A stretch of DNA of 64,000 nucleotides from Haliotis cracherodii (taxonomy: Eukaryota): positions 1,364,001-1,428,000 of the forward strand of contig NW_027266308.1 of the NCBI RefSeq assembly GCF_022045235.1. Reading direction: 5' to 3'. The notes under the pieces were generated by a model that was not told the origin of the DNA, ran no database searches, and was given only the letters and a program-made list of their open reading frames with translations. This document shows positions 54,801-63,329 of this stretch, piece after piece. The translations under genes were made by a program, and so were the position numbers. Positions within the stretch are counted from its first letter, which is position 1. The number at the start of each line of letters is the position of its first letter.

Positions 54801-57800
54801 CAGACAGAAGACTCTCCCAGTACTGATAGTACTCAGTACTGATGCTCACATAGTCAGGGGAGGTAACCCAAGATTGAGACAACAGTTGCTGTGGTAATGC
54901 ACATCTGTGATCAATGGTCAACTAAGTCGACTGTGACAGCGATGAGATTACCTTGTTTTCACTGCCATATATCTCATTATTATGTCCTGTAGTTTGTATT
55001 TTGATATCTGAAATGAGAGAAAAGAGCAGATGTTATTATTGACTTTTCCAATAATAATCCTAATGTCCAATTGATTAGTCCAAATGACTAGCTAAACATT
55101 TTCCAGGAAAAGAAGATTCCGACCTCACAGGGACATTTGGGTAAATAAATGCATGCCAAATACCATATTCTACGTAATAAGCGCCCCGCTCTAATAAATG
55201 CCCACCCCGTATTGGCTAATATATTGGCTGGTGAACAGTCCCAATTAGCACCCCTTCCGATTGATAAATGTACACAAGACTTATTTATTCGTGTATAAAA
55301 CGTTTGTTATATGCACCCTTAATTATGGGCAATTAAATTCTGGATCTTTCATCTGTTGTTTTTCACCAAAATAATATTCTAATAAGAGCCCCCTATTTAT
55401 AATTTTGAGCGCACCCTGGGTGCTTATTATGTCTAATATGGTAGTTATACTTCATTTAGTGAAAGAAAAGCAAAAAATACAAATGACGTCAATACGGTTT
55501 TGTGAATGTGACAGGAACCTCGTAACTTGTGTCTTTCTCACCTGGAGATATCATCATCATCATCCTTTCTCAGTTTACATAATCCTAACATACAATATAG
55601 ACATCGGACATAGATCTCATTTTCATATCCCCAATACCTCCTCAAAAGTCATACAGTTGCTTCAGTTCAATATAAATGGACATACTATTCTTCTTATTAT
55701 TTTCATTATTACAAGAACGATGTTCGGTCCTTTACAGGGCTACAGGACGGAGAAGGAAAAGTAGCAGGGGAAGCTGATGAAAGAACAGTCAAACAACTAT
55801 TGCCATGGAACAGTTACCATGGTTACTATTTCCAAATATGGCCATTCTGCATGGAAACAGTAAAGATGTGCTTAACATTTTTCCAGGTGGATAAATACAT
55901 TCCAGATGACACAAATTTATGTCAACTTTATTCCTCCATGTTGTTGAGGCATAATAATACCATATGCGCTACTAGTTTATTCCTCTGTGTTGTAGAGGTA
56001 TATTACCATATGTGATACTAGTTTATTCCTCTGTGTTGTGGAGGTATATTACCATATGTGATACTTGTTTATTCCTCTGTGTTGTGGAGGTATATTACCA
56101 TATGCGCTGCTAGTTTATTCCTCTGTGTTGTGGAGGTATATTACCATACATGCTACTAGTTTATTCCTCTGTGTTGTGGAGGTATATTACCATATGTGCT
56201 ACTAGTTTATTCCTCTGTGTTGTGGAGGTATATTACCAGATGTGATACTAGTTTATTCCTCTGTGTTGTGGAGGTATATTACCAGATGTGCTACTAGTTT
56301 ATTCCTCTGTGTTGTGGAGGTATATTACCAGATGTGATACTAGTTTATTCCTCTGCGTTGTGGAGGTATATTACCAGATGTGATACTAGTTTATTCCTCT
56401 GTGTTGAGGAGGTATATTACCAGATGTGATACTAGTTTATTCCTCTGTGTTGTGGAGGTATATTACCAGATGTGATACTAGTTTATTCCTCTGTGTTGTG
56501 GAGGTATATTACCATGTGTGCCGCCATGTTCCGGCCAGCCTGGCACAGTGCCGCCACCAGTCTCAGAGCAGCAGTCAGCGGGAGACCATAGACACGAGAC
56601 AGCTGGGCATTCAAGTCTGGCAATGTAAACAATAGAAACAATATATCACACACAGCCAAACTTGCCAGGGTTCATCAACAATGACAGTCACTACAACTTA
56701 GAAAACATGATACAGGTTTGTATTTTGATAATTATATCGAAGGTGTGTTTGACTTAAGGAGCTTCAAATTGTTTTTTAGCAATATCATGAGGTGGGAACA
56801 AAGCAGGGCTTCACTCACTGCACTAATATTGGGAATCAAACTCAGTACCTTGGCATGACAAGCGAACACTTTAACCACTTGGCTACCTGACTGACACCCA
56901 CACAAGGTAATGATAAAAGGGAGCTTTTTTTAAAATGAAATTTATACATGAGTGAGTGAGTATGGTTTTATGCCGCTTTTAGCAATATTCCAGCAATTTC
57001 ATGGGCTTCATACATTGTACCCATGTTGGGAATCAAACCCGGGTCTTCAGCGTGACGGGCGAACACTTTAACCACTAGGCTACACGACCGCGCCTATTTA
57101 TACATCAAACACAACCGGAGGCCACCAAACACTATCATATTGAAAATTTGCCATATTGTTTGATGTAGAGTTATAACAATTCTCCTGCTCAAACATCAGG
57201 CAGCATATATGCCTCTGTTGACATGGTCTGACATCCTCACTATTCACTTCTAGTATTATGTGAACACTGCAGTGTCATGTAGCTCACCTTGAGGTTCCCA
57301 GGCTGTGGGCAGGAACTCCAGAAACACCATGTCAAGCAATCTCGGACAATGAACTATCTTTTAACAGAAAATAAAAAATGTTGCAAATTTTATGTCCTTA
57401 ACCATCTTCCTGAGGCAAGGGAGTTAAATGATGTAAAAGTCCAGTTACCACCCTTGCCGAACTATGCTGGAATTTCTTGGCTCGATCGTAGCGCCACCAG
57501 TGGCTATTACTAGATTAGTCCCTTCTATGTCCTTCCTATTGACCAATCAGATTCCACCGCCCATCTCACTTGCATTCGCTTCAAATAAATGGCATTGCCC
57601 AGTGAAGACGATCTGATCGATAATCAAGATCTTTCACAAAGTGCATCAAATCATGTGAGCAATGCAACTTGATTAAAAACATGAAAAGATTTGGAGAATA
57701 TCTGTTGACGATTAGTTTTCAGTACACATGTTTTGCAAATCAATGTAAATCTGCACGGCAGTTTACGAACCGGATGTCAGTTTCGTTAAGCAAAAGTATA

Positions 57801-60800
57801 ACTCCATAGTTCCAGCCTAGTTCGGCAAGAGTGGAAACTGGACTTTTATAGTTAGTTAACTCCATTGCCTCAGGAAGATGGTCCTAAACACAAAAGAAAG
57901 AAAAGTATTACACACTCGAAAACAGTCACTGGCCATCTTAACAAAGTTTCTCTCATCTAAACTTCCACAAAAGCAGTGTTAGAGTCTACTTAATGAGCAA
58001 TGTGCAGATGGCGAGTCCCCGTACCTCGTACGCCAGGCCAGGGGAGTGTTGGGCTATCTTGGTCAGCATATCCAGGACCTGTAGCACGGTCACGGCCTGT
58101 GGTTTCCGAGTCTCCAGAACATGCCGCAGTCGCTGGAGCAGCACCATTCGGGACACCAGGCCCTGCAATAAACACACAGTGTTTGATACACATCCACAGA
58201 TTCATAGACAACAGGCCCTGCAATAAACACACAGTGTTTGATACACATCCACAGATTCATAGACAACAGGCCCTGCAATAAACACACAGTGTTTGATACA
58301 CATCCACAGATTCATAGATACCAGGCCCTGCAATAAACACAGTGGTCAATAAACATTGACAGATTCATACAGACATCAAGTCTTCTGGTTTCAATAAAAA
58401 AAAAACATCCAAAGCTTCATATAAACAAACACCAGACTCTGAACTCTGAACTTTTATAAAGGGACATGATACACCTGGTATAAGCACATCTCAAGTTTGA
58501 GGACAGACTTTGGAATCAAGTTGCCAACAACATATGTAGGCAGCTGAAACTAACGTTCCTCACGAATAGATCCGGGCCACGTTCCACAAAGGGGTCTAAT
58601 TCGGCCATCTTGGGGCTGGGATCCCTCCGTGGAACGGGATAATGGAGATTTAGAAACTACTTTACGAGCTACGAGACACTGAGAATTATCTGAGCTGACT
58701 TGCCAGTAGGTTACACCTAATGTCATCGGGAGGTGTTTTGGGAGAAAAAGTAAAACAAATGTGGGTTTCCTGATCCCAAGGGGAGACAATCAGCTCAGTT
58801 AATGGAACATCGCGTCTTATTCATCATGACCATAGCCAGATAAAACTTCAGCATTGTGACAGCTCTTGATCAGGATGAGTGAAAGGGTGACATCTGATCC
58901 ACATAATCACCAAAATGTCAGTTTCGCACGATGAATGCTCTGCTTCCTTCCTAGGAGCAGGTGCAAAAGAAAATACATAAATAACCCTTTAATAACTACA
59001 TGAATTTGGACATCCATGACCTCAGTATACTTATCCTGACAACACATTGTAATTTTCTTCTGGACATTGATTGTATAACACAAAATCCAAAATTGTTGAG
59101 CTTGGGTTGCTGTATGCTACATCCTTAAGACTCCAGTCAATCCCTTTCTGATGTTCAAGCGAAGTGCTGATAAGAAGAGAGTGAAAGGGCCAGGGACAGA
59201 TAACTCCTGTTGGTAACCAAGGCATAGGGGTGCCTTTGAGCAGGAAGAGGCACGTTTGGGGTTTTTTGGTTATAGGATTGAAGTCCAGATTGAAATTGCA
59301 ATGTGTTGCGTCTGGATAAGAAATAACCCGCAAATCCTGGACCAATGAACTCGCTTCCTGTCAGTAAAACAATGGGACCATGGAATGTCACAGCATCACA
59401 AGTAACAAGGTACACACAAAGTATCCTACCAGAACAACGTCTCTCTTGGCTACTTCAGCATCAGTCTCATCAACAGTCTCCTCCCCATCCTGTCTTTCGG
59501 TCTCCATGGTAACCGGACACTGACCCGGCATAACATGACCTTGAAACCAGCTGAAAGATATATCCAGGCATTCCTGGAAGTAGAGAGGATTGGAATCAAA
59601 CGGCGTCAGAAAGAATTGGCATGAAACAGTAAACAGTCTGGATTTTTCTTTCTGAGGTCAAATATAATCAGGCTTGGACCCTATCCTAAATGCACTGAAT
59701 GTTATAGCATAAATCTGTATGGACAGAGAAACAGAAACAGATTTCCCCTTCACTAAATCCTTGTTCCTTGAAATCCAGTTCTAACTATCTTCTAAATAAA
59801 TCACTTCCCCGAAGTTTTATGTCAGTTGATACAATGGGAACCACTGAAAAGCCAGATGAGAAACATATTTGATGAGAACATGATCACTGGGGTCAGATCT
59901 GTACCTGGTATCCCCAGGTGAGAAGCCTACCTGATGTCAGCATGGGCACTGGGGGTCATTCTGCCCCAGACTCCTTACAGGTGAGAAGCCTACCTTATGA
60001 CAGCATGGGCACTGGGGGTCATTCTGCCAAAGAATCCTTACAGGTGAGAAGCCTACCTGATGACAGCATGGGCACTCAGGGTCATTCTGCCCCAGACATC
60101 TTACAGGTGAGAAGCCTACCTGATGATTGTGTGGGCACTGGGGGCACTGGGGGTCATTCTGCCCCAGACACCTTACAGGTGAGAAGCCTACCTGATGACA
60201 GCATGGGCACTGGGGGTCATTCTGCCCCAGACACCTTACAGGTGAGAAGCCTACCTGATGATTGTGTGGGCACTGGGGGCACTGGGGGTCATTCTGCCCC
60301 AGACACCTTACAGGGGAGAAGCCTACCTGATGACTGCATGGGCACTGGGGGTCATTCTGTCCCAGACATCTTACAGGGGAGAAGCCTACCTGATGACAGC
60401 ATGGGCATTCAGGGTCATTCTGCCCAAGAATCCTTACGGGGGAGAAGCCTACCTGATGACAGCATGGGCGGCCGGGGTCATTCTGCCCCAGACACCTTAC
60501 AGGTGAGAAGCCTACCTGATGACAGCATGGGCACTGGGGGTCATTCTTCCCCAGAATCCTTACAGGTGAGAAGCCTACCTGATGACAGCATGGGCACTCA
60601 GGGTCATTCTGCCCAAGAATCCTTACAGGGGAGAAGCCTACCTGATGACAGCATGGGCGGCCGGGGTCATTCTGCCCCAGACACCTTACAGGTGAGAAGC
60701 CTACCTGATGACAGCATGGGCACTGGGGGTCATTCTTCCCCAGAATCCTTACAGGTGAGAAGCCTACCTGATGACAGCATGGGCACTCAGGGTCATTCTG

Positions 60801-63184
60801 CCCAAGAATCCTTACAGGGGAGAAGCCAACCTGATGACTGCATTGGAACTGGGGGCACTGGGGGTGATTCTGCCCCAGACTCATTACAGGTGAGAAGCCT
60901 ACCTGATGACAGCATGGGCACTTGGGGCACTGGGGGTCATTCTGCCCCAGACACCTTACAGGTGAGAAGCCTACCTGATGACAGCATTGGCACTGGGGGC
61001 AATTCTACCCCAGACTCCTTACAGGGGTGAAGCCTACCTGATGACTGCATGGGCACTGGGGGCACTGGGGGTCATTCTGCCCCAAACACCTTACAGGGGA
61101 GAAGCCTACCTGATGACAGCATGGGCACTCAGGGTCATTCTGCCATAGACACCTTACAGGTGAGAAGCCTACCTGATGACAGCATGGGCACTCAGGGTCA
61201 TTCTGCCCCAGACTCCTTACAGGTGAGAAGCCTACCTGATGACAGCATGGGCACTGGGGGTCATTCTGCCCCAGACACCTTACAGGTGAGAGGCCTACCT
61301 GATCTGCTGGGTTACAGATGAGGGCATGCATGGCAGCAACAGCAGCAGCGAGAACAGTGTCAACAGCATCATCTAGAGCCCAGCGGAACAGGAAGACGAC
61401 CCCAGACTCCACGACGGCCGGCAAGATCGGTGTCTGGACAACATCTCGATAGGCCCCTCTCTTGGCCTGAACGTACAGATCAGCACAGGTTCTCACTCAA
61501 TGAAACACGCAGATTACTACAACAGATGTGCTTAATACAACTGGTTATACATCGTTACGGTGTAATATATATGGTACTTGTCCCTAGGAATAGCATTTCC
61601 ATTAAAACGAAGAGAATAAAAGAACAAATTCGAAAAAATGCAAGACCATATTGGTAAGTAACAAATGAAATGGAGCTGTGAGAATCCTGCAGTATGTAAT
61701 GTCTAGGACTGGCCATCAATACAGATCGATAATCGTTAACTTAATATCAATCTATCAATTATCGATAAATACAGAAGTAACTTTGAGCAATTATGCTAAA
61801 TGTCCGCAAGAAATCAACACACTTCATGCCGCTGGTGAGTGGTGACACATTTATGCATGGATTACCTTGTGGATATTAGAGTTGTAACAAAAACAGCTGC
61901 TTTCCTTCTTTGGCAACTGACATGATTGACAAAAACACGTCTGTTTGGGTAAATCTAAAATTCATTTCATCACAATTGCTTATGTAAGATATAATTGATG
62001 ACAATTATCATATCGTTTATTAATATTTCTTCCCATCAAACGATAATTCCTATTATTGATCTTATTAGCCAGCTATAGTCGTATCTCACCTTGTGGAGGA
62101 CCCGGCCCAGCACCTGCAGCGCCAGCGCCCTCTGCTGGATGTTGGAGCTTCGAGCCAGCTGGAACATCTCCTCCAGGGTGTAGCCGGCACGCTGCCAACA
62201 GCAGACACAAGGAGTTGGTTAACACTGCTGCCAACAGCAGACATATGGACTTGGTTATCACTGATGCCAACAGCAGACACATGGAGTTGGTAAACACTGC
62301 TGCCAACAGCAGACACATGGAGTTGGTTAACACTGCTGCCAACAGCAGACATATGGACTTGGTTATCACTGATGCCAACAGCAGACACATGGAGTTGGTA
62401 AACACTGCTGCCAACAGCAGACACATGGAGTTGGTTAACACTGCTGCCAACAGCAGACACATGGAGTTAGTTAACACTGCTGCCAACAGCAGACACATGG
62501 AGTTAGTTAACACTGCTGCCAACAGCAGACACATGGAGTTGGTTAACCATGTTAACACTGATGCCAACAGCAGACACATGGAGTTGGTTAACACCACTAG
62601 CAACAGCAGACAGTGATTTGGGTTAACACTGCTGCCAACAGCAGACACATGGACTTGGTTAACACTGCCGCCAACAGCAGACATATGGACTTACTACATA
62701 CCTGTAAATAATTAAGTTTGGACCAGACAATCCAGTGAGCAATATCATGAACAACAATCCACAACATCAGGGTACGATAACACGCCCTCAACCACGTCAC
62801 AAACCAATCCATTAAGTTTCCTCTTACGACTAGCATCAGTTGCTGAGGATGTATCCTTAAACTGAATCCTCATATGAGGACCTTCAACCACTGGCTAGAA
62901 GAATTATGAAACCTATTTAGTGACGTTCTTAAATATGCAATGAAGCATTCCCACAGGAATGAAACATCCCGACCACGCAGCATGCATGGTGTCTGAGTGG
63001 TCATCTACCAAGATAGGGAAGCAATCACAAGTTATCATCCAATCATTCTCTTATTGTAAAATGAAAAGAAAGAGAAACCAACCTCTGGTTCATTGCCATG
63101 GTGATGAAGACCTTGATTGACAGGCAAGTCAGAATCAGCTGGAAGAATGTTGCCATGGAAATCAAATCTTGCAGGCAGGCCATT
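30732..63184 (-). CDS. RPAP1: RNA polymerase II-associated protein 1, 3' portion (23 exons; 5' end outside window)
   Basis: The exons join in phase through GT-AG introns (3090 nt). Recognisable RPAP1 motifs: ARFDFHG...[108 protein letters not shown]. Confidence 0.93.
30915..31480. repeat. 51-bp minisatellite with alternating dimer structure
   Basis: gtactggggattcc...gaatccccacagggaagac; each unit contains an internal ggggattc/gaatcccc hairpin. Confidence 0.92.
31674..31901 (-). CDS. RPAP1: RPAP1 exon
   Basis: VVIPIERFLEPDESD...[13 protein letters not shown]...CKQE. Confidence 0.9.
32093..32285. mobile_element. Penelope-like inverted-repeat insertion carrying hammerhead-like motifs
   Basis: 14-bp direct repeat ttacaacaactctg at 32079-32092 and 32286-32299. 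Inverted pair at 32168-32210 and 32218-32260 with TTGACAA-stem-GAAACGTC. Confidence 0.6.
33455..33840. mobile_element. Fold-back interspersed repeat, second copy with hairpin centre deleted
   Basis: Colinear similarity to 15822-16190. Confidence 0.65.
33904..34069 (-). CDS. RPAP1: RPAP1 exon
   Basis: [30 protein letters not shown]...VWGE. Confidence 0.92.
34111..34655 (-). mobile_element. SINE-like family 1, interrupted by a MITE
   Basis: The two halves flank the 34177-34457 MITE. Confidence 0.8.
34177..34457. mobile_element. Tc1/pogo-type MITE nested in a SINE
   Basis: TIR ccgtattcga.gtaataagcgccc with TA duplication; interrupts a family-1 SINE; related copy at 55163-55441. Confidence 0.8.
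34995..35272 (-). mobile_element. tRNA-derived SINE family 3
   Basis: Colinear with 20389-20665. Confidence 0.75.
36001..36133 (-). CDS. RPAP1: RPAP1 exon
   Basis: NDLFLDRCV...LDFTENIPGLSSFYD. Confidence 0.9.
36187..36524. mobile_element. Two family-1 SINE copies in opposite orientation
   Basis: + copy about 36187-36290 abuts - copy about 36300-36524. Confidence 0.7.
36877..37040 (-). mobile_element. tRNA-derived SINE family 2
   Basis: ggttcgatt B box and (gagt)n tail on +. Confidence 0.78.
37175..37332 (-). CDS. RPAP1: RPAP1 exon
   Basis: ...LYWVYVLECWRP...RVMCAFMA. Confidence 0.88.
37365..38075. repeat. ~60-bp minisatellite filling an RPAP1 intron
   Basis: ctggtatttaggggacataccagaccaactctaccactgtggcagtactgacagacatcatc. 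Confidence 0.9.
38074..38199 (-). CDS. RPAP1: RPAP1 exon
   Basis: ...[20 protein letters not shown]. Confidence 0.9.
38667..38837 (+). mobile_element. tRNA-derived SINE family 2
   Basis: A-box-like agcctagtggttaa, B-box-like gatcgattc, (cact)n tail. Other copies at about 2192-2311, 36877-37040, 54497-54708 and 56950-57094. Confidence 0.75.
38950..39153 (-). CDS. RPAP1: RPAP1 exon
   Basis: DGKEDG...LLHEVYTRLPGIRATYL...TAS; phase 2-2. Confidence 0.85.
39180..41240. repeat. 32-bp minisatellite, about 64 copies
   Basis: cataacgccccaac(a/t)gagtcaactggactttag(c/t/a). Confidence 0.96.
41454..41578 (-). CDS. RPAP1: RPAP1 exon
   Basis: HRCSLHLLSRLPDGDEYLAFDLISTTIFSPDFL. Confidence 0.88.
41692..43088. 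repeat. 31-bp minisatellite, about 45 copies
   Basis: cactgctcactacagaccactgtatggtgtt. Confidence 0.96.
43181..43725. mobile_element. MITE with long TIRs and a 9-bp TSD (Mutator/Merlin-type)
   Basis: About 70-bp TIRs beginning catcttcctgagg; flanks gctgatacc / gttcatacc; inverted sister copy at 57403-57880. Confidence 0.7.
43843..43989 (-). CDS. RPAP1: RPAP1 exon
   Basis: ILVDVIQDEDLMSY...RHENYLQYYFLKLAALK. Confidence 0.85.
44227..44586 (-). mobile_element. tRNA-derived SINE family 4 (Meta-domain-like)
   Basis: tRNA head (tggtctagtggtagag...ggttcgatccc), then ataccaaaagac...gcattaagg...gactggtcggctc; partial copy at 33006-33199. Confidence 0.75.
44677..44941 (-). mobile_element. SINE-like family 1
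   Basis: Full-length copy. Confidence 0.8.
44979..45177 (-). CDS. RPAP1: RPAP1 exon
   Basis: QHSNLL...SPYGFLTALLRLLHILCQLHKGIIYK. Confidence 0.85.
45747..46399. repeat. 18-bp minisatellite
   Basis: cacaaactaaca(a/t)gtgaa. Confidence 0.96.
46599..46708 (-). CDS. RPAP1: RPAP1 exon
   Basis: ASYSPVECLQEVEEFCCKSLLPCW...RDL; phase 0-2. Confidence 0.8.
47052..47273 (-). mobile_element. SINE-like family 1
   Basis: Copy with an internal deletion. Confidence 0.78.
47473..47630. repeat. 66-bp repeat, about 2.3 copies, containing a splice donor
   Basis: cacctgtttct at 47487, 47553 and 47619. Confidence 0.85.
47622..47693 (-). CDS. RPAP1: RPAP1 exon
   Basis: KCDLQFGTSCVNFLATFYQQVQKQ; phase 0-0. Confidence 0.8.
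48264..48411 (-). CDS. RPAP1: RPAP1 exon
   Basis: ...PDVNWSHVAGLFQPISSCV...YQFK; phase 2-0. Confidence 0.82.
48491..48985 (-). mobile_element. Two tandem family-1 SINE copies
   Basis: 48491-48710 and 48736-48985. Confidence 0.8.
49369..49834. mobile_element. Non-autonomous DNA transposon (hAT-like termini)
   Basis: Short TIR cagcgttcccg...cgtgaacactg; flanks cactcatta / cagtcatta; subterminal gccagtccc/gggactgg motifs. Confidence 0.55.
49925..51400 (-). mobile_element. DIRS1-like tyrosine-recombinase retrotransposon remnant
   Basis: RNase H motifs HSNNLDL...STDN...HIPGCKNVLADALSR. Methyltransferase-like segment NLFAT...PVPDPAAVAVDAF. YR N-terminus GYSTRAAKAIAFAHRPST. Inverted motif pair at about 49930-49965 and 50205-50245. 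Confidence 0.8.
52834..52986 (-). CDS. RPAP1: RPAP1 exon
   Basis: DLYSTLVGNIQ...MLACCEMVVNVAG; phase 2-2. Confidence 0.82.
53264..53365 (-). CDS. RPAP1: RPAP1 exon
   Basis: DLQLPREEAEMLQTHSFRVWRICLSYGLATQTY; cag/gtaag. Confidence 0.88.
53366..54496. repeat. Complex ACAGAC-based repeat starting at a splice acceptor
   Basis: Variants of ctgaaacagacaacagacgctctgtca. Confidence 0.9.
54497..54708 (-). mobile_element. tRNA-derived SINE family 2 with expanded (GAGT)n tail
   Basis: Microsatellite 54497-54555 followed by the SINE body. Confidence 0.72.
54952..55007 (-). CDS. RPAP1: RPAP1 exon
   Basis: ISKYKLQDIIMRYMAVKT; phases 0-2 fit both neighbours. Confidence 0.8.
55163..55441. mobile_element. 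Tc1/pogo-type MITE, second copy
   Basis: Same TIRs, internal sequence and TA duplication as 34177-34457. Confidence 0.75.
55927..56516. repeat. 46-bp minisatellite, about 12 copies, containing a splice donor
   Basis: tattacca(g/t)atgtgatactagtttattcctctgtgttgtggaggta. Confidence 0.95.
56513..56616 (-). CDS. RPAP1: RPAP1 exon
   Basis: LNAQLSRVYGLPLTAALRLVAALCQAGRNMAAHM; cag/gtaat. Confidence 0.88.
56950..57094 (-). mobile_element. tRNA-derived SINE family 2
   Basis: Same head and tail as 36877-37040. Confidence 0.72.
57288..57357 (-). CDS. RPAP1: RPAP1 exon
   Basis: [23 protein letters not shown]; aag/gtgag. Confidence 0.88.
57403..57880. mobile_element. MITE with long TIRs and a 9-bp TSD, second copy
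   Basis: catcttcctgaggcaa...ttgcctcaggaagatg; flanks gtccttaac / gtcctaaac. Confidence 0.75.
58025..58162 (-). CDS. RPAP1: RPAP1 exon
   Basis: GLVSRMVLLQRLRHVLE...LTKIAQHSPGLAYE. Confidence 0.9.
58157..58345. repeat. 55-bp repeat, about 3.4 copies, containing a splice acceptor
   Basis: caggccctgcaataaacac with ctg at 58163, 58218, 58273 and 58328. Confidence 0.92.
59430..59573 (-). CDS. RPAP1: RPAP1 exon
   Basis: ECLDISFSWFQG...DAEVAKRDVVL; cag/gtagg. Confidence 0.88.
59914..61303. repeat. 63/72-bp minisatellite, about 21 copies, containing a splice donor
   Basis: caggtgagaagcctacctgatgacagcatgggcactgggggtcattctgccccagacacctta. Confidence 0.96.
61299..61466 (-). CDS. RPAP1: RPAP1 exon
   Basis: AKRGAY...LFRWALDD...NPADQ; cag/gtagg. 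Confidence 0.9.
62090..62191 (-). CDS. RPAP1: RPAP1 exon
   Basis: [34 protein letters not shown]; cag/gtgag. Confidence 0.92.
62192..62692. repeat. 36-bp minisatellite, about 13 copies, containing a splice acceptor
   Basis: ctgccaacagcagacacatggagttggttaacactg. Confidence 0.95.
63083..63184 (-). CDS. RPAP1: RPAP1 exon
   Basis: [34 protein letters not shown]; cag/gttggt boundaries. Confidence 0.92.
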
Positions 63185-63329
63185 CTGCAAAACATTCATA
63201 ATCTATAAGCTATCCTCAGTTACTGGACTCCAATATCCAAGATGAAACAGCTGTAAGAGATGATTTTATATATATCCTTATATCTGACAAATGTAGAACA
63301 GTGTCTCAACATGAATTCTGACTAATGTA

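Noticed and set aside
58550-59400. Possible decayed retroelement in an RPAP1 intron
   Set aside because: No RT, RNase H or integrase motif could be recognised.
59918-61321. + strand repetitive ORFs, and CTGATGA in each unit as a hammerhead core
   Set aside because: The ORFs are antisense repeat read-through. No GAAA follows a stem II, so the ribozyme core is incomplete.
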